Part shown: positions 13,176 through 25,532 of the stretch, in pieces
How the letters are laid out: the number at the start of each line of letters is the position of its first letter
How positions within the stretch are numbered: position 1 is the first letter of the stretch
Assembly (NCBI GenBank): GCA_964016885.1
Contig: OZ024743.1
Location: 372,496,001-372,560,000, forward strand
Direction of reading: 5' to 3'
DNA length: 64,000 nucleotides
Origin: Eledone cirrhosa
Lineage: Eukaryota
Made by a program: the position numbers and the translations under genes
The notes under the pieces: model-generated
What the model saw: only the letters and a program-made list of their open reading frames with translations
Databases searched by the model: none
Told to the model about the DNA's origin: nothing

Positions 13176-16100
13176 CATCATCATCATCATCATTTAACGT
13201 CCGTGTTCCACGCTTGCATGGGTTTGGACGGGGGTTTTCCCACTTGAGGCAAGAGTGATTATCTTGCTCGCATAGGACTGTCTGGCAGGTTTTCTACAGC
13301 TGGATGCCCTTCCTAACACCAACCACATTTACAGTGTGGGTCTGGGAGGTTTTTACCGTGTTGCCTACACGGCCACATTACAGCGTGGACTGTGTGTTTT
13401 TTTGACGTGACACCTACACGATCTCATTTGTTTCGGCCTGGATGTTGTGGCACCAACATAACTTTACATAGAACGGGGTGGTGTGGATGGGGCGGGGGTG
13501 GTGGGACGGGGGTGTATTTTGTTAGAGATGCCTACTAACTGTAGTAGGTTTTACTTTGTATTTAGGTAAGGCGGGTCTTCTCTATTACTGAGTACCGCCA
13601 AAGGTCTCGGTCCAGTGACATTGTCTTGGTGAGGTGTAATTGTGTGAGGTCGGAATTTATCAGCTCGTCCCAGGTTTTTCTGGGTCTGCCTATTCCGTGG
13701 CTACCGTCTATCTTTATTGCCTTGCACTTTGTTATACAGCTATCGTCCTTCATGCGCATCACGTGACCATACCAACGTAGCCTTCTCTCGAGTAAACAAC
13801 ATCTGATCCCTCATATTTCTAATTTTTTCCTTAGTTCGTTTATGCTTTGCCGTTCACGTATATTACTATTACACATCCAGCGGAGCATGCAAGCTTCGTT
13901 TCTCTCTAGTCTGCGTATATCCTCTGCACACAATGCCCAGGTCTCACTGCCATGCAACATTGCTGTTCGTATGCAGGCATCGTACAACCTGCCTTTCATT
14001 TTTAGGGAGAACCCTTTAGCGGCTAATAGTGGTATAAGCTCTCTGAACTTTTTCCATCCAGTTCTGACTCTAGCTACTGTACTTTCAGAACACCCTCCCC
14101 CACTGCTGATTTTGTCACCCAGGTAACGGAAGCTGTCCACTATTTCTATAGAACCCTCTGCGCAGTTGAAAGAGCTAGTATTTTGTGGGCACTTGTTGCT
14201 ACTTATTGCACCAGAGCACCGGCCACATATAAAATTTATATTCTTAGATAGTTTACCTGTGATCCCACTACATCTTTTATGTACCCATACTTTGCATTTG
14301 GGACATAAAATGGAGTTTCTACCTACTCCTTTCCTACACACTGAGCATGGCCATTTCCCAGATGGGACCGGTGCCCTATTTTCCTTCCTACAAACTAGAA
14401 CTTTAGTCTTAGACAAGTTAACTTTAAGGCCTTTTGATTCTAGGCCATGCTTCCATGTTTGGAATTTCTTCTCTAGTTCAGCCATTGATTCAGCTATGAG
14501 CGTTAGATCATCTGCATATAGGAGTTCCCATGGGCAGCCAGTCTTGAACTCCTCTGTTATAGCCTGAAGGGCAATAATAAATAGTAGGGGGCTAAGGACG
14601 GAGCCCTGATGAGCACCAACTTTTATGCTAAACTCTTCACTATATTCGTTGTTAATTCTAACCTTGCTGGCTGTTTCTTTATACATGGCTTGTATAGCTC
14701 TCACAAGCCATTCATCAACACCTAATTTTCTAAGGGCCCACCAGATCATCGAGCGGGGTACTCTGTCAAAGGCTTTCTCCAAGTCAACAAAAGCTAAGTA
14801 TAGGGGTTTACTTTTAGCTAGGTACTTCTCCTGTAGTTGTCTAGTTGTCGTACAATGAAAAGAGCGTCTGTTGTACTTTTACCTGACACAAACCCGAACT
14901 GCATTTCGTCTAGATCAATTCTCTCTCTGATTAGTTGCGCTATTACTTTTTCTGTGACCTTCATGACCTGGTCAATTAATTTAATGCCTCTATAGTTTCC
15001 CCTATCTAAGGCATCATCTTTACCCTTGTAGCAGTTGATGATGATGATGCTGCGCCAGTCCTTCGGAACGACCCCATTCTGTATGACTTGGTTTACTATC
15101 CGGGTAACCATAGTGTGTCCCACCGTTCCAGATACTTTCAGCATTTCGGCAACTATTTCCGAAGGCCCGGCCGCCTTGCCCGTCTTCATGTCTTTGATCG
15201 CCTTACTTATTATACTACCTTCAACTTGCACTGCTGGTCCCTCTATTGGGTCGATGTGGGGGAGACTGTCTTTCTTCCAATTATTCTCCTCATTTAGTAG
15301 CACCGGCCACATATAAAATCTATATTCTTAGATAGTTTACCTGTGATCCCACTACATCTTTTATGCACCCATACTTTGCATTTGGGACACAAAATGGAGT
15401 TTCTACCTACGCCTTTCCTACACACTGAGCATGGCCACTTCCCGGAAGGGACCGCCACCTTATTTTCTGTCTTACAAACTAGAACTTTAGTCTTAGCCAG
15501 GTTAATTTTAAGGCCTTTTGATTCTAGGCCGTGCTTCCATGTTTGGAATTTCTTCTCTAGCTCGGCCATTGATTCAGCTATGAGTGTTAGGTCATCTGTG
15601 TATAGGAGTTCCCATGGGCAACCGGTCTTGAACTCCTCTGTTATAGCCTGAAGGGCAATAATAAATGGTAGGGGGCTGAGAACAGAGCCCTGATGGACGC
15701 CAACTTTTACGCTAAACTCTTCACTATATTTGTTGTTAATTCTAACCTTGCTGACTGTTTCTTTATACATGGCTTGTATAGCCCTCACAAGCCATTCATC
15801 AACACCTAGTTTTCTAAGAGCCCACCAGATAATGGAACGGGGGACTCTGTCGAAGGCTTTCTCCAAGTCGACAAAAGCTAAGTATAGGGGTTTACTTTTA
15901 GCTAGGTACTTCTCCTGTAGTTGTCGTACAATGAAAAGAGCGTCTGTGGTACTTTTGCCTGACACAAACCCGAACTGCATTTCATCTAGATCAATTCTCT
16001 CTCTGATTAGTTGCGCTATTACTTTTTCCGTGACCTTCATGACCTGGTCGATTAATTTAATGCCTCTATAGTTACTCCTATCTAGGGCATCTCCTTTACC

Positions 16101-18190
16101 CTTATAACAGTTAACGATGATGCTGCTACGCCAGTCCTTCGGAACAACCCCATTCTGTACGACTTAGTTAACTATCCGGGTGACCATGGTGTGTCCCACC
16201 GTACCAGATGCCTTCAGCATCTCAGCAACTATTTCCGAAGGCCCAGCCGCCTTACCCGTCTTCATATCTTTGATTGCCTTACTTATTATACTACCCTCGA
16301 CTAACACTGCTGGTCCCTCTATTGGGTCGATGTGGGGGAGACTGTCTTTCTCCCATTTATTCTCCTCATTTAGTAGCCTTTCATAGTGACACTCCCAAGC
16401 TACCTTCTTATCAGCGTCGGTGATGGCAAGTACGCCGTCATCATTAAGTACACACTTCTCCCCGACAATATCACGGTTTTCCTTGACACATTGCCTAGCA
16501 ATCCTCAACACCTCACGTTTTTGGTCCTCGCGTTGTAGAACATGCTTGAACTTTCTTTCCTCTGCTTCCCTTCTTGCGAAGTACACTTGTCTCCTAGCTT
16601 CCCTCCTGGCCACTTGATAGTCTTCTCTGCTTCCCCCATCCCGCCATACTTTCCAAGCCTGCTTTTTGGCCTTAATTGACCCCTCCACCTTACTGTTCCA
16701 CCACCATGTTACTCTCCTCCTGCCTACAGGCCTGCTCCAGCCACAGACTTCGTCTGCCGCCATCAGCAGGTTTGCTTTCAGGAATTCCCACTGCTCCTCT
16801 ATATTGTACGACTCTAATTGCTCTTCCTTACTGTCGAAAGCATCAAGTAGTATACTTTTGAATTTATTTCTGGCTGTGGGGTCCTTTAGCTTCCATATTT
16901 TTCTCCTGAGGATAGTCCTCTTCTGTTGTCTAGTACGTCTCGTCCTGACTATTAGGTCGCTAATTATCAGTCTATGTTGGGAGGTGCATTCTTCATGGGG
17001 GAGGGATTTAGTGTTTACAACAGACACTCTGTCACGTCTTCTTGTAAGGATATAATCTACCTGGCTTGTGTGTTCCCCCCGATCTATAGGTGATCAGGTG
17101 ATTGTCACGTTTTTTGAAGTTAGTGTTACAGATAGTTAGGTTATTTGCGTCACAGAATTCCAGGATTCTGGAGCCTTCCTCATTTCTAGTACCAAACCCA
17201 TAGCCTCCATGGATTTCGTCGTAGCCGTCACAATGTTGTCCAACGTGACCATTTAGGTCGCCTGCAATAATTATATAGTCACTGTCGGTTATTTGGGAGG
17301 TAGTGAGCATCAGTGTCTCATAGAATCTGTCTTTTATAGTGCCGGGCAGTCCCGATTGGGGTGCGTACGCAGATATTACTGTCACCGTCGTTCTACTGAG
17401 GACAAGTCTTATTTTAATTATTCTGTCGTTCACTCTATTTACGTCTATTATCTTATCTGCCCACTTTTCTGCTACCATGATTCCTACCCCACCCAACCCA
17501 TTGTCATTTCCCACCCAGAAAAGCTTATAGCATCGTTTTTTTACCCACAATGAATCTAGCAGACCCACCCCTCCACCTGGTCTCTTGAATACAACAAACA
17601 TCGACCTCCTTACGTTCAAGCATTTCTACAACCTCGTTAGAGCAACCCTTTAAGGTGCCTACATTCATGGTACCAACTCTGAAGTTTTGGATTGCGTTTG
17701 GAGGGTGGGAGCGGGGGGAGATGGGGTTATGTTAGCCATCCGCGGTCGAAACAAAGAGGAATGCTCGTATTCTCGTCCACGAGGTGAATTTGTCTTTATC
17801 TTTGGCATTGTCGCTGAGCGTCCAGATTTTTCTCTCTTCAACTCTCCGGAATTCCGTAGTCCTTCAATCCGTCATATCGAAGGCGTCCAGGTAAGCGATA
17901 GTATAGGCTTCTGGCTTATGATTGGTCCACGTAATAATAATGGTGGTGTGTGGGGCGGGAGGGGTGTTGAGTTGTTAGCAAGAAGAATAGGTTTAAGTAA
18001 GATCGTATTTAACAAGCAATAACAAAAAATACAAGATTTGTTTTGGAAAATACGAGAAAATACAGAATACAGGAGGATTTGTTTTGGAAATAGGATCGAA
18101 TAGCGAGTAGTGAAGCAAGAATTGGAATCTGAGGATAGAAAATGCTATCGAATTGTCGGATTGGAAGGACTATGAAATTAAGCGGATGTT
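13176..18190 (-). mobile_element. Near full-length RTE-clade LINE (APE-RT-PHD-like finger), inactivated, with a ~1.08-kb internal duplication
   Basis: RVGTMNVGTL, SAYAPQ, AGDLNGHVG and SQHRLI (APE); AFVDLEKAFDRVP, HQGSVLSP, YADD and FRYLG (RT). The 3' UTR ends in ...GGAACACGGACGTTAAA(TGA)n at 13176. The 5' boundary is approximate. Confidence 0.95.
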
Positions 18191-18273
18191 AGAAAGGCAA
18201 GAAAAATGTGTACATTACATTATACCGTGAAGGAAAAACAGCCACGAATATATATATATATATATATATATAT

Positions 18274-19580
18274 AAGTTGAGACAGTAAACAGAAAACAAA
18301 AAACATGGAAGCGAAGAGGCAGTACAAATGTTATTATTAGTTTCACGCTTGAGAGTGGGGGATGGGAGACGACGTTTCGGGCATAAGCCCTTCATCAGGA
18401 GAAAAGTGGGCAGGAAAAGAGTTCCGAGGGTGTGTGAGGGAGTGGGGAAAAGGCATTAAAAAAGGGGATTAGAGAAACGGGAGGAAAAGGAATTTTTTTT
18501 GGAGAGTAAAAAAAATTAAAAATAAAAGGAACAAGTGGTGAAAGGGTGTGAGGCGTGTAGGGGTGGTGGTGGGTGGAGAAGGAGACGGGGGGAATGGGTC
18601 CGAGCGGGGAGGGCCGAAGGTGGTGTGTGTGTGTGGATGTCAATGTGAGAGTTGGGGGAATAACGAGGTTCCATGTTCGAGTAATAGGGAAACCGGTGTG
18701 TACATGGGGTGGGGTGTAAGTCAGTGTGTGTGCGTATTACTGGTGGTGGGGGAGGGGTTGAATGCCGGTGTGTGAGTGGGGGTTAGTGGTGGTAGTATGG
18801 AGTGGGTGCTGTATCGGTGTGTACGTAGGTGTGGGTGAGTATGTGTGTTGGCGGGAGGGGGGTAGTAATATTAGTGGTGGGGTGGTCAGATGTGGATGTG
18901 TGGGTGGGGGTTAGTCGTGGTAGTAGGGTGTGTGAATAGTGTGAGTGCATGTATAGGTGTACAGGTGGGTGTGTGCGTGTTGAGGGTGTGGGTGCGCGGG
19001 TGATAAGGGGAGGGTGAGGATGTTAGTATTATTAGTGGTGGGGTGGGCCAGGGGAGTGGGGTTGTTAGTGTTATGAGTTGGAGGGAAGGGCTGGGAGTGG
19101 AGGGGACGGTAAAACTGGGGAGTGTGTTAGTGGTGTTAGTAGGGATGTGTGTGTGTGGGGGGATACGTCTGGTCGAATGCTAAAGGAGGAGGGGTGGGGA
19201 GTTCAGGCTGGGGGGGGTCTGTAGGGTGAAGATGGTGCGTTGCTCGACCGTGAGGCAGGTGTCCCATGGCATTGGATCAGGCCACAGACTGAGGTGATGG
19301 CCGGAATGTCCAGGAGAACCAAAGTGGCAGGTGATGGGGGAACTCCCGCCAAGACGGATATCTCAGAGGTGCTCCGTGGACCGATCCAGCAGGCAACGTG
19401 CGGTCTGTCCGATGTAGGTTACGCTGCACTCTGTGCAGTGAAGTCCATAGACGAGGTTGGAGGAGGTGAAGCAGAAGGCATGCCAGACAGAGAGAGAGTG
19501 GCCGTTGGGACCCTGGAAGGTGGTGGTGTTGGTGATGTGGGGGGCAAGTGTGGCAGCGAGGTCTGCAACAGGGAAGTTCT
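18274..19580 (-). mobile_element. Penelope-like element 3' remnant (GIY-YIG endonuclease C-terminus plus pLTR-like tail)
   Basis: Minus-strand translation at ~19200-19500 gives FCFTSSNLVYGLHCTECSVTYIGQTARCLLDRSTEH...EQRTIFTL...LNS, typical of PLE GIY-YIG domains. A hammerhead core lies in the downstream tail. Confidence 0.82.
18371..18398 (-). ncRNA. Minimal type I hammerhead ribozyme core (PLE-associated)
   Basis: The minus strand reads CTGATGA-A-GGGC-TTAT-GCCC-GAAA-CGTC, with intact core boxes, a 4-bp stem II and a palindromic ACGT stem III. Stem I is poorly paired. Confidence 0.7.
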
Positions 19581-22500
19581 TTTCCCGAGTATAGAAGAAG
19601 GGCTAGACAGCATGGTGGTCACACCCATACAATCCAACTTAAAGGTCAAGAATTTACTGTTGATAATCTGGAGGCACATGGCTTAGTGGTTAGAGCATTG
19701 GCCTTGCAATCGAAAGGTTGTGAGTTCAATTCTCAGACCGGGTGATGTGTTGTTTCCTTGAGCAAGACACTTTATTTCACATTGCTCCAGTTTACTCAGC
19801 TGTAGAAATGAGATGATAGGGACTGGGGTCCATATCATTCCACTGCAAAGTGGTCATGGAGGCGCCACGGCAAAAAAGCACTCAGCACTCACTGTAAATG
19901 AGGTTGGTGTTAGGAAGGGCATCCAGCTGTAGAAATCAAGCCAGAATCAGTTCCCGTCCCACCCTTGCAAGCAGGAAAAAAGTGGACATAAAATGAAATG
20001 ATGATGATGATGATGATGAATCGTTGGATTGTTCCATACAACCCTTTCCTCATTGAGATATCAGTGCCACATCAATTGTGAGGTTGTCCAGTGTCAAAGC
20101 TGTTAAGTACTTATATAAGTACATCACAAAAAGATCAGACAAGATCACTTTCACTATTAAGGACAATCAAGGAAATTGTGTCCATGCCCAAAATGAGATT
20201 GAGCCCTATATCAATGCACGGTAGATCTCAGCCAGTGAAGCATTCTGGAGAATCTATAAATTTCCATTAGATCATCGAAAACCACCAGTTGAAAAGTTAC
20301 CTTGCCATTTATCTGGGGAACAAATGGTCATGTATAAGTGAGGGCAGGAAGAAAGTATTGTTTCTAGGGGACAGCCAATGACTAAGTTGATGGAATATTT
20401 TCAACTGAATATTAGAGACCCACTGGCACAAAACATATTGTATATTGATATTCAAAAAGTGGCAAAGAAGAAAAAAGGGACATCTGGATGGTGATCAACG
20501 ATTTATGAGTGAATACCTTGGACGCATTCCAACAGTATCTCTCAGTAGACATCAATCTGAATTATATTACCTCAGAATGATCTTACATCACAAGGCTGGG
20601 TCAACTTCATATAAAGATTTGAGGACAATTGAAGGAGTTGAATTTCCAACATTTCAAGAAGCATGCAAGAAACTTGGTCTGTTAGATAAAGATGGAGAAA
20701 AAGACAAAGCTATGGAAGAGGCCTCATCCATTACGCTTGGTCCTCAGCTGCGAGAGATCTTCTGCACCATTTTATTGTACAGCATGCCAAATGACCCTCT
20801 GCAGTTCTGGGAGAAATGGAAGAATTGTCTTGCAGAGGATATCATGCATGAACATCATGTCCATGCAGATTGTTCTACAGAAGATCCAATAAACACTTCA
20901 ACATTCATGCCAACTATGGACTTCCTCGGCCAGACCCAACTATTGTTGCCATACCAGAAATCAACAGGGTTCTTATGGCAGAAACTGATTTCAATACACA
21001 CCAACTGCAAGCAAACATAAATGAACTTCTGCCAACATTGAATCCTGAGCAACTGGATATTTTTCACAAAGTAATCACCTCTGTAAATGAAAATGAAGGC
21101 AGAATTTTCTGCTTGAATGCAAGTGCAGGTACAGGAAAGGCCTATGTCATAAACATCCTATTGGATTACCTCCGATCTAAAAAAAAAAAAATTACACTTG
21201 CCACTGCCATATCTGGAATAGCAGCCACTTTGCTTCACAAAGGTAGAACTCTTCATTCCAAGTGTAAGATTCCTCTCAATGTGACTGCTGAATCAACTTG
21301 CTTCTTCACAAAGAGGGATGCCACAGGTAAACTTATGCAGCAAGCTGACCTGCTAATCATTGATGAGATAGGTATGGGACATAAGCATATCTTTGAATGT
21401 CTTGACAGGAGCTTCAAAGATGTTTGAGATTGCAAAAAGCCATTTGGTGGTCTAACAGTATTACTATCTGGCGACTGGAAGCAAATTCTTTCAGTTGTAC
21501 GTCATGGTGCTAGAACACAAATAGTTGAGGCAACCATCAAGAGATCCTATCTCTGGGACTATGTGGAAACCATGGAGATGACAACCAATCAACGGTTAAT
21601 TAATGCAAAGGATTCTGTTGAAAGACAGTTTGCAAACTACCTTCTTGAAGTGGGAATCGTAACATTCCAACTGTTCCAATTGTAGGTGCATTCACAATTC
21701 TTCTGCCAAATGAACTTTGTCTGGAATATGGTAATGTGTCTGGACTGTGTGATTTTGTGTATACAAATCTTCCAGCAAACTACACAAACCCACTATGGCT
21801 TGCAAATAGAGCCATTGTCACTCCAACAACTGATGCAGCAAGATTGGTGAATGAGTTCATGGTCAACAAGTTCCCTGGTCATGAAATAATCTACAGAAGC
21901 TCTGATACAGTAGATAATGAACTGCAATATCCATTGAGTTCATCAACAAACTTACCCCATCAGGCATCCCAACACACATACTTAAACTGAAGAAAGGCAG
22001 TTGCATCATGCTTGTGAGAAATCTGGATCCTCTAAATGGGAATTGCAATGGGACATGCTATATCATCATCAGTTTACATAATCATGTAATTGAAGTTGAA
22101 GTGACATTGGGTCCCAATGCTGGAACAAGGTTGCTAATGCCAAGGATACCACATGTATCTTAAGAGCTTGAGTTCCCTTTCACCTTTACTCACAAGCAAT
22201 TTCCTGTCAAACCAGCCTTTGCCCTTACATGCAACAAGGCACAAGGGCAGACATTTGAAAAGATAGGTGTATATCTACCAACACAATTCTTCTCACGTGG
22301 TCAGATGTATGTTGCATTATCACGAGTTACAAAAAAAGAAAATTTAAAAATATTAAATGAAAGGTATCTGTTTGCTGACAATTGTGTCTACAAAGAAACT
22401 CTACAGTGATGTGAAACAGCTGTCACTCTCTTTTAGTTGAAATGCATTTCAGTTTCTTTTTAATTGCTAGAAAAGAGACACTACAAAAACTTACGAAGTC

Positions 22501-22878
22501 TATATGTGAATACAGTAGACCAACAATATAGCGAAGGTCAACTCTTCATATTGGTAAATGTAATTCATTCATCCATACTAGCAGCATCTATTTTCAAATT
22601 CACTCCTTGAAGCTTCCCATCGACATTCTCAAGTGAAGATTCATGAACATTTTCTGTCAACAGTTTCATCGCTTTTCCATCTCCATTATCGCCTTTTTTT
22701 TTAATGTATCATGGATTACTTTACTGATTACAGAAGTAAGTGTAACACAGTCTTTGTTCAGTTTATGTGCATATTGTCAATTTACGTATTATATCTATGT
22801 GCATATATATTTGCGTATATCAATATACACACTATATATGCTAGAAGAAAACCGCCCAAACAGCGGTTCTTCTGCTAG
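19580..22878 (+). mobile_element. Decayed, 5'-truncated Helitron (end of Rep plus PIF1 helicase) with intact 3' terminus
   Basis: FPEYRRR...VDN[SINE]RWIVPYNP, KAVKYLYKYITK, YYLRMILHH, ASAGTGK (Walker A), IIDEIG (Walker B), GDWKQ, AFALTCNKAQGQTF and YVALSRV, with a stop near 22409. A hairpin AACCGC/GCGGTT is followed by CTAG at 22875-22878. Confidence 0.92.
19669..20018 (+). mobile_element. SINE family 2 (tRNA head, CORE-like domain, RTE-derived tail) nested in the Helitron
   Basis: TGGCTTAGTGGTTAGAGC (A box), GAGTTCAATTCTC (B box), CCTTGAGCAAGACACTT domain and a (GAT)n tail. It splits the Helitron VDNRWIVPYNP motif, and AATC is duplicated at the ends. Confidence 0.92.
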
Positions 22879-22950
22879 TATATATAATAAAATATAGTTT
22901 TATAAAGGTAGTTTCCATTTATTAATATTATTGATTATATATATATATAT

Positions 22951-24240
22951 AAACCCCTATACTTAGCTTTTGTTGACTTGGAGAAAGCCTTCGACAGAGT
23001 CCCCCGTTCCATTATCTGGTGGGCTCTTAGAAAACTAGGTGTTGACGAATGGCTTGTGAGAGCTATACAAGCCATGTATAAAGAAACAGTCAGCAAGGTT
23101 AGAATTAACAACGAATATAGTGAAGAGTTTAGCGTAAAAGTTGGTGTCCATCAGGGCTCTGTTCTTAGCCCCCTATTATTTATTATTGCCCTTCAGGCTA
23201 TAACAGAGGAGTTCAAGACCGGCTGCCCATGGGAACTCCTATACGCAGATGATCTAACGCTCATAGCTGAATCAATGACCGAGCTAGAGAAGAAATTCCA
23301 AACATGGAAGCACGGCCTAGAATCAAAGGCCTTGCATATGAACAGCAATGCTGCATGGCAGTGAGAACTGGGCATTGTGTGCAGAGGATATACGCAGACT
23401 AGAGAGGAACGAAGCTTGCATGCTCCGCTGGATGTGCAATAGTAATATACGTGAACGGCTAAGCATAAACGAACTAAGGAAAAAATTAGAAATAAGAGGG
23501 ATCAGATGTTGTTTACGCGAGAGAAGGCTATGTTGGTATGGTCACGTGATGCGCATGAAAGACGACAGCTGTATAACAAAGTGCAGGGCAATAAAGATAG
23601 ACGGTAGCCACGGAGTAGGCAGACCCAGAAAAACCTGGGATGACATGATAAATTCCGACCTCACACGCTTACACCTCTCCAAGACAATGTCACTGGACCG
23701 AGACCTTTGGCGGTACTCAGTAATAGAGAAGATCCGCCTTACCTAAATACAAAGTAAAACCTACTACAGTCAGTAGGCATCTCTATCAAAACACACACCC
23801 ATCCCACCACCCCCACCCCTTCCACACCGCCCCTTTCAATGTAAAGTTATGTTGGTGTCACAACATCCAGGCCGAAACAAATGAGATCGTGTAGGTGTCA
23901 CGACAAAAAAACACACAGTCCACGCTGTAATGTGGCCGTGTAGGCAACATGGTAAAAACCTCCCAGCCCCACACTGTAAATGTGGTTGGTGTTAGGAAGG
24001 GCATCCAGCTGTAGAAATCCCGCCAGACAGTCCACGCTGTAATGTGGCCGTGTAGACAACACGGTAAAAACCTCCCAGCCCCACACTGTAAATGTGGTTG
24101 GTGTTAGGAAGGGCATCCAGCTGTAGAAAACCCGCCAGACAGTCCTATGCGAGCAAGACAATCACTCTTGCTTCAAGTGGGAAAACCCCTGTCCAAACCC
24201 ATGCAAGCGTGGAACACGGACGTTAAACGTTGATGATGAT
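22951..24240 (+). mobile_element. 5'-truncated RTE LINE (same family as 13176-18190) with an internal deletion that removes the PHD-like region
   Basis: AFVDLEKAFDRVP...YADD...GLESK is joined directly to the TAMLHGSE region at ~23330. The 3' UTR has a ~111-bp duplication and a (GAT)n tail. (TA)n on both flanks. Confidence 0.94.
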
Positions 24241-25106
24241 ATATATATATATATTTCTAAGTGGGTCATTTCTATGTTTAGATATTATTCTAATTTCTAT
24301 GTTACAATTGTGTTGTTGTCTGGCATGACTCAGCAGATAGGCAAATCAGAGAAGCCAGCGAAATAGAACTTAGAAGGCCAAGGTTAAACAGAAAAAATGA
24401 ATGGAATAACAACACTCAAACAAACAACACTGACCTAAGAGAAGTATAAATAAATAAATAAATAAACAGACTAAATAAAGATGGCGTATGCATACAATGC
24501 AACGGGAGGAAACATAATAGCACCACTGACGATATTGCAGATGTGCAACGAGAACTTTGTTAGACTATATATATGCGTTTGTGTCTATATTGTATCTGTA
24601 TTTCAGAAACATGAGAGGGGGCAGTGACACCTGACAACTACATCAGAAGTTATGGATCCTCACACATACATATCAGTTTCACCAGTATTTTCACTCTCCT
24701 CAAACAATACTAATTGTATGAGGGTTTGGTGGATGAGTAATGTTAGTGTGCATAAACATGACAGCATAAGTGAACTGAGAAAAACTAGGCATAAGAAAAC
24801 ATTTTATGTAGTGTTTAAAAGAGAGAAGACTGTACTGTAATGTTATGCATATGAAAGATGACAGCTGTATAAAGATGTGCAGAGAAATCTCAGTGGATGA
24901 GACTCATGCAAGAGTTAGACATAGGAAGATTTGGGATAAAGATCTACAAAGATTATAAAGAAATGGAGTATGCTCCAATGGATGTGTGCATAAGCAAGCT
25001 GAGAGAACACGTGTGGCATGAGAAGAATTGGATGTTGTGTGCAAGAGAAAAGACTGCACTGGCACAGACATTTGATGCTTATAGAAGATGAGAGCTGCAT
25101 AATATA

Positions 25107-25443
25107 TGGAGGCACATGGCTTAGTGGTTAGAGCATTGGCCTTGCAATCGAAAGGTTGTGAGTTCAATTCTCAGACCGGGTGATGTGTTGTTTCCTTGAG
25201 CAAGACACTTTATTTCACATTGCTCCAGTTTACTCAGCTGTAGAAATGAGATGAAAGGGACTGGGGTCCATATCATTCCACTGCAAAGTAGTCGTGGAGG
25301 TGCCACGGCAAAAAAGCACCCAGCACTCACTGTAAATGAGGTTGGTGTTAGGAAGGGCATCCAGCTGTAGAAATCAAGCCAGAATCAGTTCCCGTCTCAC
25401 CCTTGCAAGTAGGGAAAAAGCGGACGTAAAATGAAATGATGAT
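25107..25443 (+). mobile_element. SINE family 2 copy
   Basis: Near-identical to 19669-20018. Confidence 0.93.
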
Positions 25444-25532
25444 AAACAATTCAGAGAAATTTCTATGGATAGGACCCATGGAAAAGGTAGACCTAGGAAG
25501 ACATGGGATGAGGTAATAAAGACTGACCTTAA

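Noticed and set aside
13842-18022. Plus-strand ORFs of 60-130 aa over the RTE, and similar antisense ORFs over the Tx1 copies
   Set aside because: Antisense shadows of LINE coding sequence.
19669-19742. Possible tRNA gene (also at 25107, 47142 and 52845-52918)
   Set aside because: A and B boxes are present, but there is no closed acceptor stem, and it is always fused to the same SINE body and tail.
20445-22409. Host PIF1 helicase gene
   Set aside because: Multiple stops and frameshifts, upstream Helitron Rep-region motifs and a Helitron hairpin-CTAG end identify it as a decayed Helitron.
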